A stretch of 64,000 bases of DNA, taken from Oikopleura dioica. Its lineage: Eukaryota > Animalia > Chordata. The stretch lies in NCBI GenBank assembly GCA_907165135.1, contig OU015569.1:4030001-4094000 (forward strand), written 5' to 3'. The position numbers and the translations under genes are program-made. Numbering within the stretch: position 1 is the first letter of the stretch; each line of letters starts with the position of its first letter. Below, piece after piece: positions 1 through 13,013 of this stretch. The notes beneath the pieces are model-generated. The model had not been told where the DNA came from. It made no database searches and saw nothing but the letters and a program-made list of their open reading frames with translations.

Positions 1-298
1 ATGACAACGGTTAATACTATAGATCTCTGCTGAAACCACTCTGTCTTGCCGCCAATTGTACGCTACTGTTATCATTCAATTTTTCCCCATGTAATTTGTC
101 CCGATAAACTTGGAGAAGTCGTAAAGCAGTCTTTGAAATTGATCAATCTCAATTTTCAATTTATACTTTTCATTCTCAAGCTAGAGTTCTAGCTTCAATT
201 CAGCCTCGAAAATGAATAGTTTCGATATATGAGTTTTGGCTTTTATAAATTGGCAGCCGGAAGAGTCGGCATTTAGAGAATTGAACAAAAAAGCTTAC

Positions 299-452
299 CG
301 CTCTTTCGATATGCTCCTCTCAAAAAGTTCACCATTTCCTTTAGCGCAGCGATATCTTTTAGCAGCGAAATCAACTGTAGGCTTGCCTCGCATCTGTAGT
401 CAATTTCCTGGAGAAGCTTCTCTGGCGAGTACCACAAAACGCCCCAATCCAT
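299..452 (-). CDS. Possible exon of an unidentified gene running toward the window start
   Basis: Open minus frame MDWGVLWYSPEKLLQEIDYRCEASLQLISLLKDIAALKEMVNFLRGAYRKS ending at a G|GTAAG donor. No family recognised. The + ORF 236-538 is probably its antisense shadow. Confidence 0.3.
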
Positions 453-909
453 TTCTCACTCTTCTACTAAATCAACAATTCTCGGAACAATTCGAAAGTC
501 GGCTAATAGCGCAAGAAAAATGTTTATTTCTCGGATGACTGAAAGAGCAGAGGAAAGGTTGTCAGATGTATGCATTAGGTTGTTTTACACCCGAGGCAAT
601 GACATCTGATTTTACGTCGTCGCATATCACATAATACTATGATGTCCGGCAAAATCACATTTATAGAGCCCCGTCTAAGCTCATTCGGAAAGCTCCTCAC
701 TTTCGTTACAAAAATCGATGTTTAGGAGAAATCAGAAGAGTGCCTCGCGCTGCGCGGTCACGTGATTACCGAACTCCCAAATTATTACCAGCTTTGGACA
801 AAATAGAGCAAATTTTTCGATGAAATAAGAAGTGAGACTGATTTTTAGAAGTGGAAAGAACATGAGGTGCTTTTATTCATTCTGCTAAAAATATACATGA
901 CAGGAGTTT

Positions 910-3900
910 TCAAGCAATGGCCCGCTTCATACAAATAAATGGAAGTCTTTGGCGGCAGTTTTCTGGTGAGAATTTGGAGCTCATTTCTAAATGCAATTTT
1001 AAGATTAGGCAGATTGTTTCTTCTGACCTAGTTTTCCACAGAAGAAGCTTTTATCGTGCGTTCGAGGCTTCGAATTCCAGAACAGTCTTCCAACTGGTTC
1101 CTTGGTGACCCACTGCCACTTCTCGGCGTCCATTTTAAGCCCTATCCAAAAAGCAGTTCTTTCTTCGAGCATGAGTGCTTTTGAAAGGCGTCGGCTGTGA
1201 ACGACAGCTAATGTCGAGTCCTTCAAAATAACTCAGATGCATTATAGCTATAAAATATAATTTCTCACCTGCTGCTTGCATTCGTAAAGAGCGTTCACCC
1301 AGTTTTCGGGTGTTTGCACCTTTTTGAAGCAGTTTCCTTTGATCATCTCCCACCCTGTTGGGCATGAAGGTGCTTTGTTTCTGTTTGAAGATTTAAGAGC
1401 ACTTCGAGGAGACGATTTCGGTATCCAAATATTTCCGTCGCATAAGTAAGTCGTTCCTCCTACATCATCGACGAATATTGCTCCCGAAATCGAGCTTTAA
1501 CAAAATTTAGACATTTTTTTAGAAATAAAAGCCGAGGAAGCTAAAAAGAATCTTTTGGCGCCCCCAGAAATAAATTGATAGAACTCGTAAATGAGTTCTG
1601 TTGCTAATTTTATTGTAAATGTCAGACATTTACAAAAAAATATCTCGTTGCGTATTAACATCGAACTCTTGCTGTTGATGTTTGAAAAGTAATTGACATA
1701 CGGCGTGCATGTAGTGAATTCTTCTTTAGAAGTGGCAATGTCCTTGCGCCCGGAGCTCGCCAAACGTGCTCGTTTTCGTCGAAGTGCCCAGTCACCGCGA
1801 TCTCAAGAATTATTACAAATCCGCTAATTTCGCTGTTTTTCGTGTGTACCTGGCACTACGAAATCTTCCGAGTAGGCATCCGACACTGTAGAGCCCGAAT
1901 GGTAAGTCCCTTTATCAGGGTCTATCACGGACGGATCTTCGATCACATGTTTTGTGGGCACCCGATTTCCAGCTCCTAAACAAGTGTAACTTCGGAAATG
2001 AGTTAGTTTAGCGCAATTTAGATAGTTAAATTAACATTAAATGTTCTCGTTTGCTAGCTCATATACTTGATTTACATAATAACTCTAGAATCACCGGGGA
2101 CAGGCCCGATGGCTTAGTTGGTTAAAGCGCCTGACTAGTAATCAGGAGATCCCGAGTTCAAATCTCGGTCGGGCCTTTTGTTTTTCTTTTGAATTTATTC
2201 TAGAAGAGGTTTACCGATGAACTCGCCAGCGTCTTCTTCCCTGACGACGGCCCCATTCATTGCATGGAACGTCCATACTTTCGTGTTGGCTATTTCAGCG
2301 ACACCAGCTGCTGTTCCTTTGGTGGAACCATCGCCGAGGGTTCGTGCCACATTTACTCGACCGTTTCTTGATCTTCTTCGAGAGCCACTACTTCTATCAG
2401 AGTTTGAGTTAATCAAGCTAGTCTCTACTTACATTTCCTGAGCCATGTTCTTGGGAATTTCTGAGAGTGCGCTTTTATCGCAATTGCCTCTGTGGTTATC
2501 ATGCACTCGGATAGTCAGCTTCATCTTGTCCCCTGTAAACTTAGATATAATTAACCTTTTCGGAAAGCGATACAAACCAGGCGTTGCATTAAGCAAATTC
2601 GATAAGTAAATTCTTATCTCCTCCGTCGGCTCCTCAAAGTTGTCTTCCAAAGTTTGGACTGTAATAGACTTGGAGACCTCTGTGGGATCGAATTGAATTT
2701 GGAAGGAAGAGCTGGGGCGGGCGAAGAAATCATCGTTCACTTTCGCTGTGTCTATGCCTTCGACCTCCACAGTGACAAATGATGACTCCAAGAAACCGCC
2801 GAAGCGCCTTACTGGAATCTCGACCGAGTCTCCTTCGCAAATATCCAACAGTGTGTTGTCCAGAGTTATTACAGGCCAGTTGATCACAAACAGCTGCGGA
2901 GGACTTTGACAAGTATTAGGATCACATATTTTCAAAGAGTTAATTGACCTGGTGTTGCCCCACATATCGCTGACCGTGAACATGAAACTTCCAGTTGGTA
3001 CGATGGCAGGGTGGAAATCTTTGTAGTGAACGACGTAACCGATTCGCCCCTTGTTAACATCGGCCTGTGTGAATGTCTTCGCAGGAGTGAATGAGGTGAC
3101 AAAGATCAAGTGACCTAAACTCTTTGCGGGAGAGTCTACTTCGAACTTGATCGATGAGGGGTCAGTGTTACTGTCAGCAGTGTTGAGAGTGCTGCCATCG
3201 ATGAGAACCACATAATGAAGTTCGCCTTCTTGGGCTCAAATCCCCCTTCCGACCGGTTACAAAAAACATAGAAATAAAGAGCCGTGCCTTTGTACGTGAT
3301 TGGAGTGACGGCTTCCGGAATTTTCTTGATGACGATCTGTGGTGGATTTATGTCGGGATGGTTTATCTACGATAGATGAAATCAAAACTGATCCGGTTTT
3401 GTGGTCAACCCGCAACATGCACATAGAATTCGTAGTAGCTAAATCACCAGTAGCTACTGAATTTGAGTAACACGTAGTTTGCTGTAACTGCAAAATATGT
3501 GCCCGCTCATTAATAAAACAGTTAATGTTAGGTATATGATATACCGTATATCTGTGCAGCCAATTCAAGTTTACCTGCAATGTGAGGGTGATGGGGAGCT
3601 TGGTTTCCATGTTACCACTCAAGTATCCGTCGTTAAGTCCGTCGGTTGCCGCGATGTTGATATTATCCATGGAAGCCGAGTTTCCGTTGTTTTGGTAAAG
3701 GAGTTTGCCTTGTTTGAGGGATTCCAGTGACACTCTAAGCCCCGGGACGTACACCTCAGCGCCATTAGCGATTAGGCGTCCGTGCTTTGGTAGCGTTTCG
3801 AGAATTATGAACACGTCCAGGTCGTTTGTGTCTGGATCCGAAAGACGAATCAAGTCGTCCGATAGTACGATACTATTCAAGGGTCACACATTATCGTAAT

Positions 3901-6900
3901 TTTGAAATTTGAAAACGTAACTAAGTTAACCTTCTGGGTCGCAGTGTACTAATGCCATAAGCTCCTGGTAGTTGTATTCTAGAGACCCGATCCTATCGCC
4001 TGTCTGAAGAAAAACCTGGGAATTGGCAAGCTCTAATCTTGGCATTTCCACGTCGATAGGAATAACTTCCATCTCAAAGAAAGCATGTGCTGTGGCGCCC
4101 CGATTGTTGGAAACGGAGAACGGAATCCGGTCGAATTTCACATCTCTCTTGCTCTCAGCGACAAAGACGATTTTTCTGGAGACGATATCCAATTCAGTAA
4201 AAGTTCGTAACGGAGATTCGATGTTATTAAAATGGGCAAAATAGCCAGCTTTGAAAAACGTTAAATATTTTGGTATATTTCTTATCAAAGTCATCGAAAG
4301 ATTTTTAACGGTTCCTTTGGGCTTAGCCTCTATGACGAATTTCACGTCTTCAAAGTTAGTACTTCCATCCGTTGCTGTAATCTCATCGGTAGAAACGAAA
4401 TGCCTCTCCCCTTCACGAATAGTGATCGGTTTTGCCTGAATATGAATCGAGTTCTTCACTGTGCTGCCAGACAAATGAATCGACAGCTTTGTTTCTGGAA
4501 GAGTATTGGCTCCATCTGTCATAGAGAATGTGAAGCTATCTGTCTCAAGCTTGCTCTCTATATTGTGTCTGTAATGGACTTGGTTCTGGTGGATTTGCTC
4601 TTCAGTAAAACTATCGCCAATTCTCATTTCATAAGGGCGCGTTCCCGGAGAGGTGACAACAAGAACGCCTGCTTGTGGAAGTGTCAGAAGCTCATATTGT
4701 AGCTCAGAAGGAGAACTATCTATGTCTGTTAAATGAAGAGCAGTGTTGGAGATAACTCTTGTTTCGCCAAGCTCCACTTGAAGCGTCTCATGAGTTGCTA
4801 AAACTGGACACTCGTCATTTGTCAAAACTATTTTGACCGTGATCTTCTTTGAGATTTGATGTGTTCCGTCTGTGACTGTTACTGTTATTTCGTCGGATTC
4901 TTCTTCTACTCCACGACCAAAGTTAACATATGCGATTTCCATTAGTGGATCGTTTAAGTCCTTCAGTGAGATTTGATCTAGTGGCTGGATATGACTCGCC
5001 GATTCGAGAAGGTCTTTGGAATCTTCTTCTGGTGCGTCATTTTGACACTCTTCGCATGACCCAAACGTGCTGCTCACTGAATCCAGTAGTCTTTTATTAA
5101 GAATCACGCCTTGTTCTGGGCGATTGAAGTGAATTTTAATGCGCTCTTTGACAAGGCTGACACATTTGATTAATTCCGCCGAAAATAATATTTTTGAAAT
5201 TTACGAATGCAAGCCGTTCCTGGAGAAATATTTTGAATAGAATTCTTTACATGTATAGCATCGCTAAGAAGAACGAGCTCATTTTCTAAGACTTGAATTG
5301 AGTCTTTCACTTCTAACAGCGGTGGTTCGTCATTAACATCTTTGATTTTGACACGAATTTCTAGAGGGGCGGTGATGGAATCGCCGTCAGTGGCGGTGAC
5401 TGCACCAGCATCTGATCTCGGTTCTTTTCCGAGATGGTGGAATTGGTTATAGCGGATGAATCCCTTTTCAATGTGAGGGTAGGGGAAGCAGTCGATGGGT
5501 TTATTGACAAGAGGATCTTCAGAGCCGCTTGCTGGAGCAATACTGTCAAAGAATCCATGCTCAAACTGCTTCACAACGCAAATAACGATCTCTTCAACGT
5601 TTGTATCGTCATCAGAAACTCGCAATACCTCTTTCTCCAGTATGACGGCTGCGCCCTCGTCCACGACCAATAAGGCATTATTGGAGTAAATACGAGGAGC
5701 AGCGTCGTTAACTCGATGTATATTAACGTCAAATCGCATTCTGTTAATTCGGGTCCGATTATTTTTTCTGATCTACTTCAAATTCATGGGAACCATGCCT
5801 TGCCGCTATTTTAGAGCCAATGTAGCCGGGATCCTCCACAGAAATGATAAATGAATCCTGAAGATCGTTTTGGCCAAGTTCTCCTCGATGGACGAAACAT
5901 ATTTCATTCTTTCCGATACTTTCATAGCGGAAGTCACGCACGTCACGCCCGTTCATGATGACTCGACCGATACGGGGCTGACTTTCGACTAAAATTATTT
6001 TAGTAAAATATATTGACTTAATTTTATAGCGCTTTGAAACGCCGTCATACCTGAGAAAGAAAGCTCTGAATTCGCCGTATCGAAATCGTATACGTCAATG
6101 TTGCGAAGAGAGAGACAATTTTCGCCATTTTCCTCGACGAATATGCGCGTTACGAGGCCATCTCTAAACTCGGCCTGGTGGTCGTTGACTAGCGAAACTT
6201 TCACGTGAATGTCCAACAAATTGCTTTTGTTGTCTTTCGGGTCACGAGCCATGATTGTGAAGATGTCGTCTTCAGTTTCGGAATCGTCATGACAATAAAC
6301 TAAAGAGGCAAGTTCGGAAAGCTTCGTAGGGGTCAACATTAAAGTGCCGAATGAAATAAGAATGAGTCTTATAGTCTAATAAAGATCATCTTCGTGACCC
6401 CTAACGTAAAATCCTGGTCTTTATTAATCGGAGTTCCCAAGGGTAGTCCAATATGACCGTTCAAAGGTGATTTGATAAAGCTGACTTTAAAGCGAGGCTG
6501 AAATTGAATCCTAAAAACTTGCCGGAAAATTTGATTTATGCATAGATCTTGAAGTTACAGAAAATTTTACTCATCAACCGCAGTTTTAGTCTCTTCCTGT
6601 CAGATCGCGTGATCTGGTATCCGGATCATGGAGCTCAAACAACTTCCGAGGATTCAGTTTTGTACAATCGCCCTCCTTCACTTGTACTTTAGCTGCTTTT
6701 GAACGGAAAACTGGCGCCTGATTATCGATAGGCTTTACAGTCAGATCGAATGTGTGGACGGGAGAAGATTTTCCAGTTGCATCGGTAACTTTGAATGCAA
6801 ACTGCACTTTGATCGGGTCAGGGCCGATTTCAGTCATCGGAGGCTCGTATCCCAGCCTACATAGTTTTAAGGACTTTTTCCGGCGATTTGTTTGCTCCCA

Positions 6901-9900
6901 AGTTTTTACCTTAGGTGATTCACTTCTTGCTGTGTGAATTTCGCCACTTCGGTAAAGCCTTCTCCTTTCAATCTGTCAAGCGATTCCGAAATTCGCACGA
7001 TCCGGCCAGGGTCATTGAATTCCGGGGCACAAGTGGCGCAAGAAAAGGGTTCAAAGAATTGACAAGCTAGATTTAATTAATAATTATTAATTTCATAATT
7101 ACAACAAAGGAAATTTTATTGAACCCTTACGCAAGAGCAGGACTTGACGATTTCATAAGTCAAATCTTTTGGCCCAGAGAAATCATCGAGATAGCCGAGC
7201 TCTGCGTGGCCGATCGGGAGGACTTCATCTTCATTCATTGTTAGACAGAATGTGCAGTTTTTCTCTGGCCAAGGCGGAAGCCTATCATTTTGCTCTGCGC
7301 GAATCCGAAAAACTTTTCCTTCTGTCTTTAAGAGGATGCATGCGATATTCTTAAATGGCTCTTATCTGAAATTAATCCGGAATTATAATCATGAAAAGCA
7401 CAGTAACACCGTTTATCGGCAGAGCTCGAAACTTATCATTATTTCGTTCAACGTGCAATCTATGGAAAATCTACTTTGAGAAAAACTAGAGCAAGCAAAG
7501 TTATCTTGAGGCTTTTAAGTTGATACGCTGCTCATAATTATGAACTTTGACGAGCTAATAACATCCTTGCCTGTCGCTTGTAATGATCACGAAAATAGAA
7601 CTTGAATGTGTCGTCCAAATTTTCAGAGCCATCATGACGATAGAGAAGATGTCCTCGGAAGATTTCAAACTGGTAAAGTTCGCTCTCTTGCAACGGCCAG
7701 GGAACAGGATCCCACTCGCGCTGAATCATGAGCTGCCCGTTTTTTGGAAATTCGGTAATAACGAGTTTAATGTAATCGTCAGAGGTATCCAAGTCGGATG
7801 CGTCTAGGATGTGTCTTCTGATTTTTGCTTGCTGCCCCCAGCGCACTTTGAGCAGCAGATTCGAAGTAATCTCTGGCGGCGAGTCATCTTTTGGCATGAT
7901 CAGAATCGGAATCGTAAAGCGCGTCGGAGGCAACGCCATCGGCCCCGGCGGACCACCGTCAACAATTCGCAATTCAATAAAGTCGCCATACGTGTCAGAA
8001 TCATCGTGTGCGTAGACGGCATCATTATTGAGTAAGTCGATGTAATTGAACAAGTACGAAGGACGACCCTTTACCAATAGAAGACCGTGACGTAAACCTC
8101 CAGTGACCATGAACTTCAGATTTTTAAGTGTATCGGGATCTTCGAGCATGAAATTTGCGTTTGAAAGAGCGCGCGTTTGACCCTCCAACAAGGTCAGTCC
8201 AGTGTTCTTAAAATCATTAAAATCAACGAGGAGTCATTATTGGGTTCGGAAAAGTCTCCCTTGGAGATATTTGGTTAGTACAGCATAAAAAAACACGTAC
8301 TAGGATTAGCATGTACGCCTTTATTTTTAACCTTGAAAATTCAGAAAAAGCTTTAGATTTCAAAATATTTTAAGAATAAAACATTACCCATGTAACTCTT
8401 GGAGCTTCCGTCATCTGTCTATCAATTTGAATCCAGACGTCAATCGGTCTGCTTCGCCTGTGGAAATCGTCAAAGACTGCAACTTTGAATTGAACTTGGT
8501 GAAGATGGTCATAGGCTACAGGAGGTGGCTGATACATGATCCGTAGGCTTTCAAGATCCTTCATCGAAAAACTTTCAATTGGGCGCGTGTGATCGTCCGC
8601 ATGAGTGATGAAACCGACTTCTGGTTTTTGCACAATTCGAAAGTAAAGCCGAGATTTTTCGGTTTCACGGTCGATGGCTGCCAGATCGGTCGGAAAAATT
8701 CTAGACAGCACAAACTGATCCACCGAAATGAGATAGTCACAACTTGGGTCAGCTGTCGGAGGAGAGCTTTTTGCGCCGCCAATAATCTTATTAATAACTT
8801 AATTTATGAAACCAATAGTTGTCTACCTGTATTTCAATGTGGTGTCTTTCCGAACGAACAACATATCCAGATTGGTGGTCTATAAGTTCCACCGAAATTG
8901 GAATAAAATCCTTGTCGGGAGAAGGCCATTTAGAGTGTTTGTATCTGTATCTCTTTCCAGTAGTGCGGAAGTCGATGCACTTCGTATTGATTTCTTTCAC
9001 GACCTCGTCGTTTTCATCAATCAGATAGCCCCAGTAAGGAAAGTTTTTGTGAAAGAAGCGCACGTAGCAGTCTGTATCCAGTACATTGTATCCAGTTGCG
9101 AAATCTTTATTGAATCAGAAAAGTGTATAGAAAGCACAACGTGCTTCGCATTGAAAATTTCATGATCAATTCCTATATTGTTAGTAGATAACTCCGCGGT
9201 GACTCCTGCTTGTCGAACTGACAGATGGTTTCCGACGCTAACCTGGGCTAATCCTAAGAGACTTCGAGTTTTTTTGTTCTTTATCGAACACTCCCTTTTT
9301 TCAGAAAGGGTCATCTAGGTCATTGTAGAGGTTAATTTATTTGTTATAATTTCGATCAGCCCGTGCCGAATGAGCGAACATTGGGATCGATCCAGCTCGA
9401 CGTTCATGTAAATGTCTTGCTCGATTGTGTGCTTTTCCGCTAAAAGAAACACGCGCATCTTTACGTTGTCTTTCATGGCGCTTTTCATACGTTTTCATTA
9501 TTTAATGCTGAATGTATCAGGAGATAAAAAAAGATCCATCCCTTTATGCAATAAACTTCCTCCATAATGCTCATACCAAACTGATCCGTAATCAAAGTCG
9601 CAGTCGAACACATCCGGGAAAACGGTTCCCATTCGAGAGTAAGCAGGTTCTTTCAAAACTTGAACCCGGCAAGAATAGTTTCCCGGATTATTCACCTTTC
9701 ATTGTGCTGTTTAGAGTCTAAGATTATTAACTTACGTTATTGTAAACATACGGAAATTAACATATTGTATGGAGTGAGGAGCACTTTCCTTGAAGCGATC
9801 GAGATTGGTGTTTTGTCCATTTTTAACATTTTGCGTGATTAGTGAAGAGATGATCTCGTTGGATTTATAGGGCGGCAGGTTCACCTGAGACCGTACAGGC

Positions 9901-9968
9901 GGAGCAAACGCATTCTGTCCGGCGACTGCGCCCAAGAAACTCCCCAAGACAAAACTCTTGCAAAGCAT
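910..9968 (-). CDS. FREM1: FRAS1-related extracellular matrix protein 1-like (signal peptide, CSPG repeats, one Calx-beta domain, C-terminal C-type lectin); multi-exon
   Basis: ATG 9968 with signal peptide MLCKSFVLGSFLGAVAG. Repeated CSPG units (DPDT/DxDS...L.Y.H...SE...DxFxFxVTDG) in ORFs 3257-8723. Calx-beta (VEIPVRRFGG...NDDF...IQFDPTEVSKSITV...DNFEEPTEEI) in 2429-3211. Hand-spliced C-type lectin exons (CPTGWEMIKGNCFK..WVNALYEC; FWIGL..WQW; ENCRQRLPFICMK*) between 1370 and 910. This domain order is diagnostic of FREM1 rather than FREM2/3. Confidence 0.9.
2103..2176 (+). tRNA. tRNA-Thr(AGT), antisense inside a FREM1 intron
   Basis: GGCCCGA/TCGGGCC acceptor stem, D arm, anticodon arm CCTGA-CTAGTAA-TCAGG, T arm GTTCAAATC, followed by a T-run Pol III terminator. 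Confidence 0.97.
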
Positions 9969-12900
9969 TTTACTCTTCTCTTATTCTACTCTTGCATGTC
10001 GAAAGTTTAAAAAAAAGTGATCGAGTTTTTGTTGCTTTTTGACAGCAAGGGGCAAAAACCCTCAAATACTCCCTAGTAAATAGAGGAACCAATACCAAAA
10101 TAAGGAAAAGCTAAACAAATAAAACAATAAAAAGGACGGGCTCCACCTTTTTTTGCTCTGAAAACATTATAAAACTCGAGTGAAAAATTCATGTTTCCAT
10201 AAGAAAATGAGAAAACTAGAATACCTTTATACTTTTATATTACTACTTTTATAACAACAATTATAGTAGGAATTTAATGCTATCAAGTGAAACTTACTAC
10301 ATAGGTCTTTCTTCAATTCAAACCCAGTTCTTTTCTGTTAATACTGTTATACATTTGACTGCCAGAATTCGACTTTTGCATGGACAGAACATCGGCTCCC
10401 CCGCGGAGTTAACACTGCCTCAAGAAAGCAGGAAGTTTTCCCAACGTGAGAATCGCGGATTCAAGACCGACAAGCCCGTTTTTCACAGATAATTCATCAG
10501 TCTTAGAGTATTTTTCTAGAGTATAGTATACTCAGTATTTAGCTAATTGCGCGATTGTGAGGGTTTTTTCTTTCCTCTTTATTATATTATATAATCATAA
10601 TCCAAATCGACATCCAACTCGCTTGTAAATCTTTTCAGTCAGCAGGTTTGACGTCGCAATCTTAGAGCCCCCTATTTGGAGGTCATACACTTTGGGAAAA
10701 TTCACACCGTCGAAGTGGACAGGGTGTTGGTAGTAGTCGAGTTTGAAGGATATAGATATGGAAATCCTCACGTTGTATACAGTTTTTCTCGTCTGCATTT
10801 GCTTGTTCACCTTAGGTATGTTGAGATTGCTTAGACATGACAGAGATTATAAAGTTCGTCTAGCACTGATTTCTATTTGCCTAAACCCAGCAATGTCCGC
10901 TCGACTTGGAATCAATGAGTTGGATGTGGCTGCAGAGACAGAAGAAGTCTAGGCTTTTTTATTGTTTTAAAAGTTCAACTTTGTGTCTTCTATTCATTGA
11001 ATTATGAAAAGGCTAAATAAATGATCTTTCGCGAAATTAATGCAACGTCATTTTTCTTTTCTGCACGAACACGTGATCTATATAAAATCGGCCGCTCTGT
11101 CCGTTTCGTTCTACGATTAATTAAAATTAAATGTTGCCTCTCTCGCAAAACTGATACAAAGAAGAAAAGCTGAATATGACAATTTCCATTTAAGCAACAA
11201 AGAGCAACCTGCGCAGAAAAGTGTCATCTCAGATTATCAGTGATCTCTTCCGTGCAAATTAATAATTCAACAAATGTAAAAACTTGTGCACGGAATCAAT
11301 ATTGTCGTATCGCTCCTTCTTACAGTGTTACCGTTAAATACGCCTTTATGTTTACTTGCTTTTATTATTTTCAATATTTGTTATCATTAGGCGATGATTT
11401 AAGCTCGACGCGGGCTATGGAATATTCAACAAAAAATCATGGATATGCATGTGATGATGAATGAATGGCATAAGGCCACGCGCGCAAGGTCGCCATATGC
11501 CAACTAGACAGGCTGAGTTATAGTATTATTATTAATTTAACTTCTTCCTTTCTTCTTTAAAATCCCGCAAAGTCGCTGTCTGCATCAATTTTATTTTTAT
11601 TTGGAACATTAAGTTTTTAGCGTTTTTATGTACGGATAAAATATGCAACATATTGCAATTTTTTTTCTGTCACTCAGAAAGATATGGAAGGCAAGACCGA
11701 ATTATCAAAAACAAAATATAGACAGAAATTTTTTTCTAGCAGAAATGATATCTAATGGGGTTAGGGTTAGGGTTAAACCCTATATAAAGAAAAAATATCC
11801 TTACAGAAAGGCCGCTACGCTTTCCGGAAGTCTATTCGGAATAGGCTATCCCCGGTCCTTTTATATTTTTTGCTAGATTTCCTCCTACTTTAGCATCTCT
11901 TTTTCTGTCTTCCGTCATACAATCATTTTAACAAGAATAAAGTCTATTGAATAAACCATACAGAGAAGACTGTTCTCAAGACTATTTGAATTTGTATATT
12001 CCCTTAAGATTGGTTTAATAAAACTATTTAAATCTACCTTAAAAATTGAAAGAATAAACTGTTATTTATTATTTCTAAAAACTGTTGTTATATTCCTCAT
12101 TCTTGATAGCTAATTCGGAGTAAGCAGGCGTAAGAGAATACAGAAGGGAAGAGGAGTGCACGATTTGTTAGCTGCTCGTAAATCTGACAGTAAGAGCAAT
12201 ATGTCCCAGCAGCAATATGGCAACAGCCTTAATAAAAAGTGAACAGTCAATATCCAGATTATAATTTCTTCAGAGGATCAGGCGAGCCAAACTTGGATAA
12301 TCGATTTCGGCTCAATTCATAGAACATAAAAATCAGGGGTCTTTCTTTAATGATCTTAAACTTTATCCTCCTTGATTACTTCTGGACTCAAAAGAACAAA
12401 TGCCAATCAGATCGACTAGTAACAGCATTTACCAAATTTTTTTCATTGCTTTCATTGAGCTTTCAATGTGGGGTTTTTAACTACAACTGTATTGAAATGT
12501 GAAAATTTTAGTCTTGAAGAATTTGAGACTCGTAGAATGAGAGCCCGGGATTATTTTTGTCTTAATTTTTCAAGGCTTTCTAGCGATCTTTTTCTTCATT
12601 GGATTGATTTTCTATTATAACAGAAACTTCAAGGTAGTTGCTTTGTCCAAACAGATAATCGAGATTGATTAGCAGTATGAGAACTGATATTATATTGCTG
12701 ATATAGCTGAGCATAGAATTTGTCCGTTCTTTTTCTCGTGTGGCGCCCTGTGCGCTGCACGACGCGCCGCTAGGTGCCCTCTGATTTTCCATTCTCGCTC
12801 GTTTCGAAAGAAGGGAACATCTTCGGGAAAATCCGATCAGCTTTTTACTACAGATTTATTCTAATTTTACTCGAGAAAATACAACTCAAAAGAGATTGGA

Positions 12901-13013
12901 CAAACCACAGTTTCGCCACGACAAACTTCTGGGAAACATAGAGGAAACCATTGAGATCCAGCGGAACACGCCGAGGGCCTCATCGGGCACGCCCAAAGGG
13001 CTGATAAAGAAGA

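Noticed and set aside
236-538. 100 aa + strand ORF
   Set aside because: No recognisable motif; the opposite strand has a more protein-like frame with a proper splice donor.
11466-11510. TGGCAT...ATGCCA followed by CTAG, resembling a Helitron 3' end
   Set aside because: Weak hairpin, not followed by T, and no 5' TC end or second copy seen.
10277-12792. Scattered ORFs (TM-like stretches, a WIIDFG kinase-like word near 12290, the MENQRAP ORF)
   Set aside because: I could not assemble consistent exons, and single short motifs are expected by chance.
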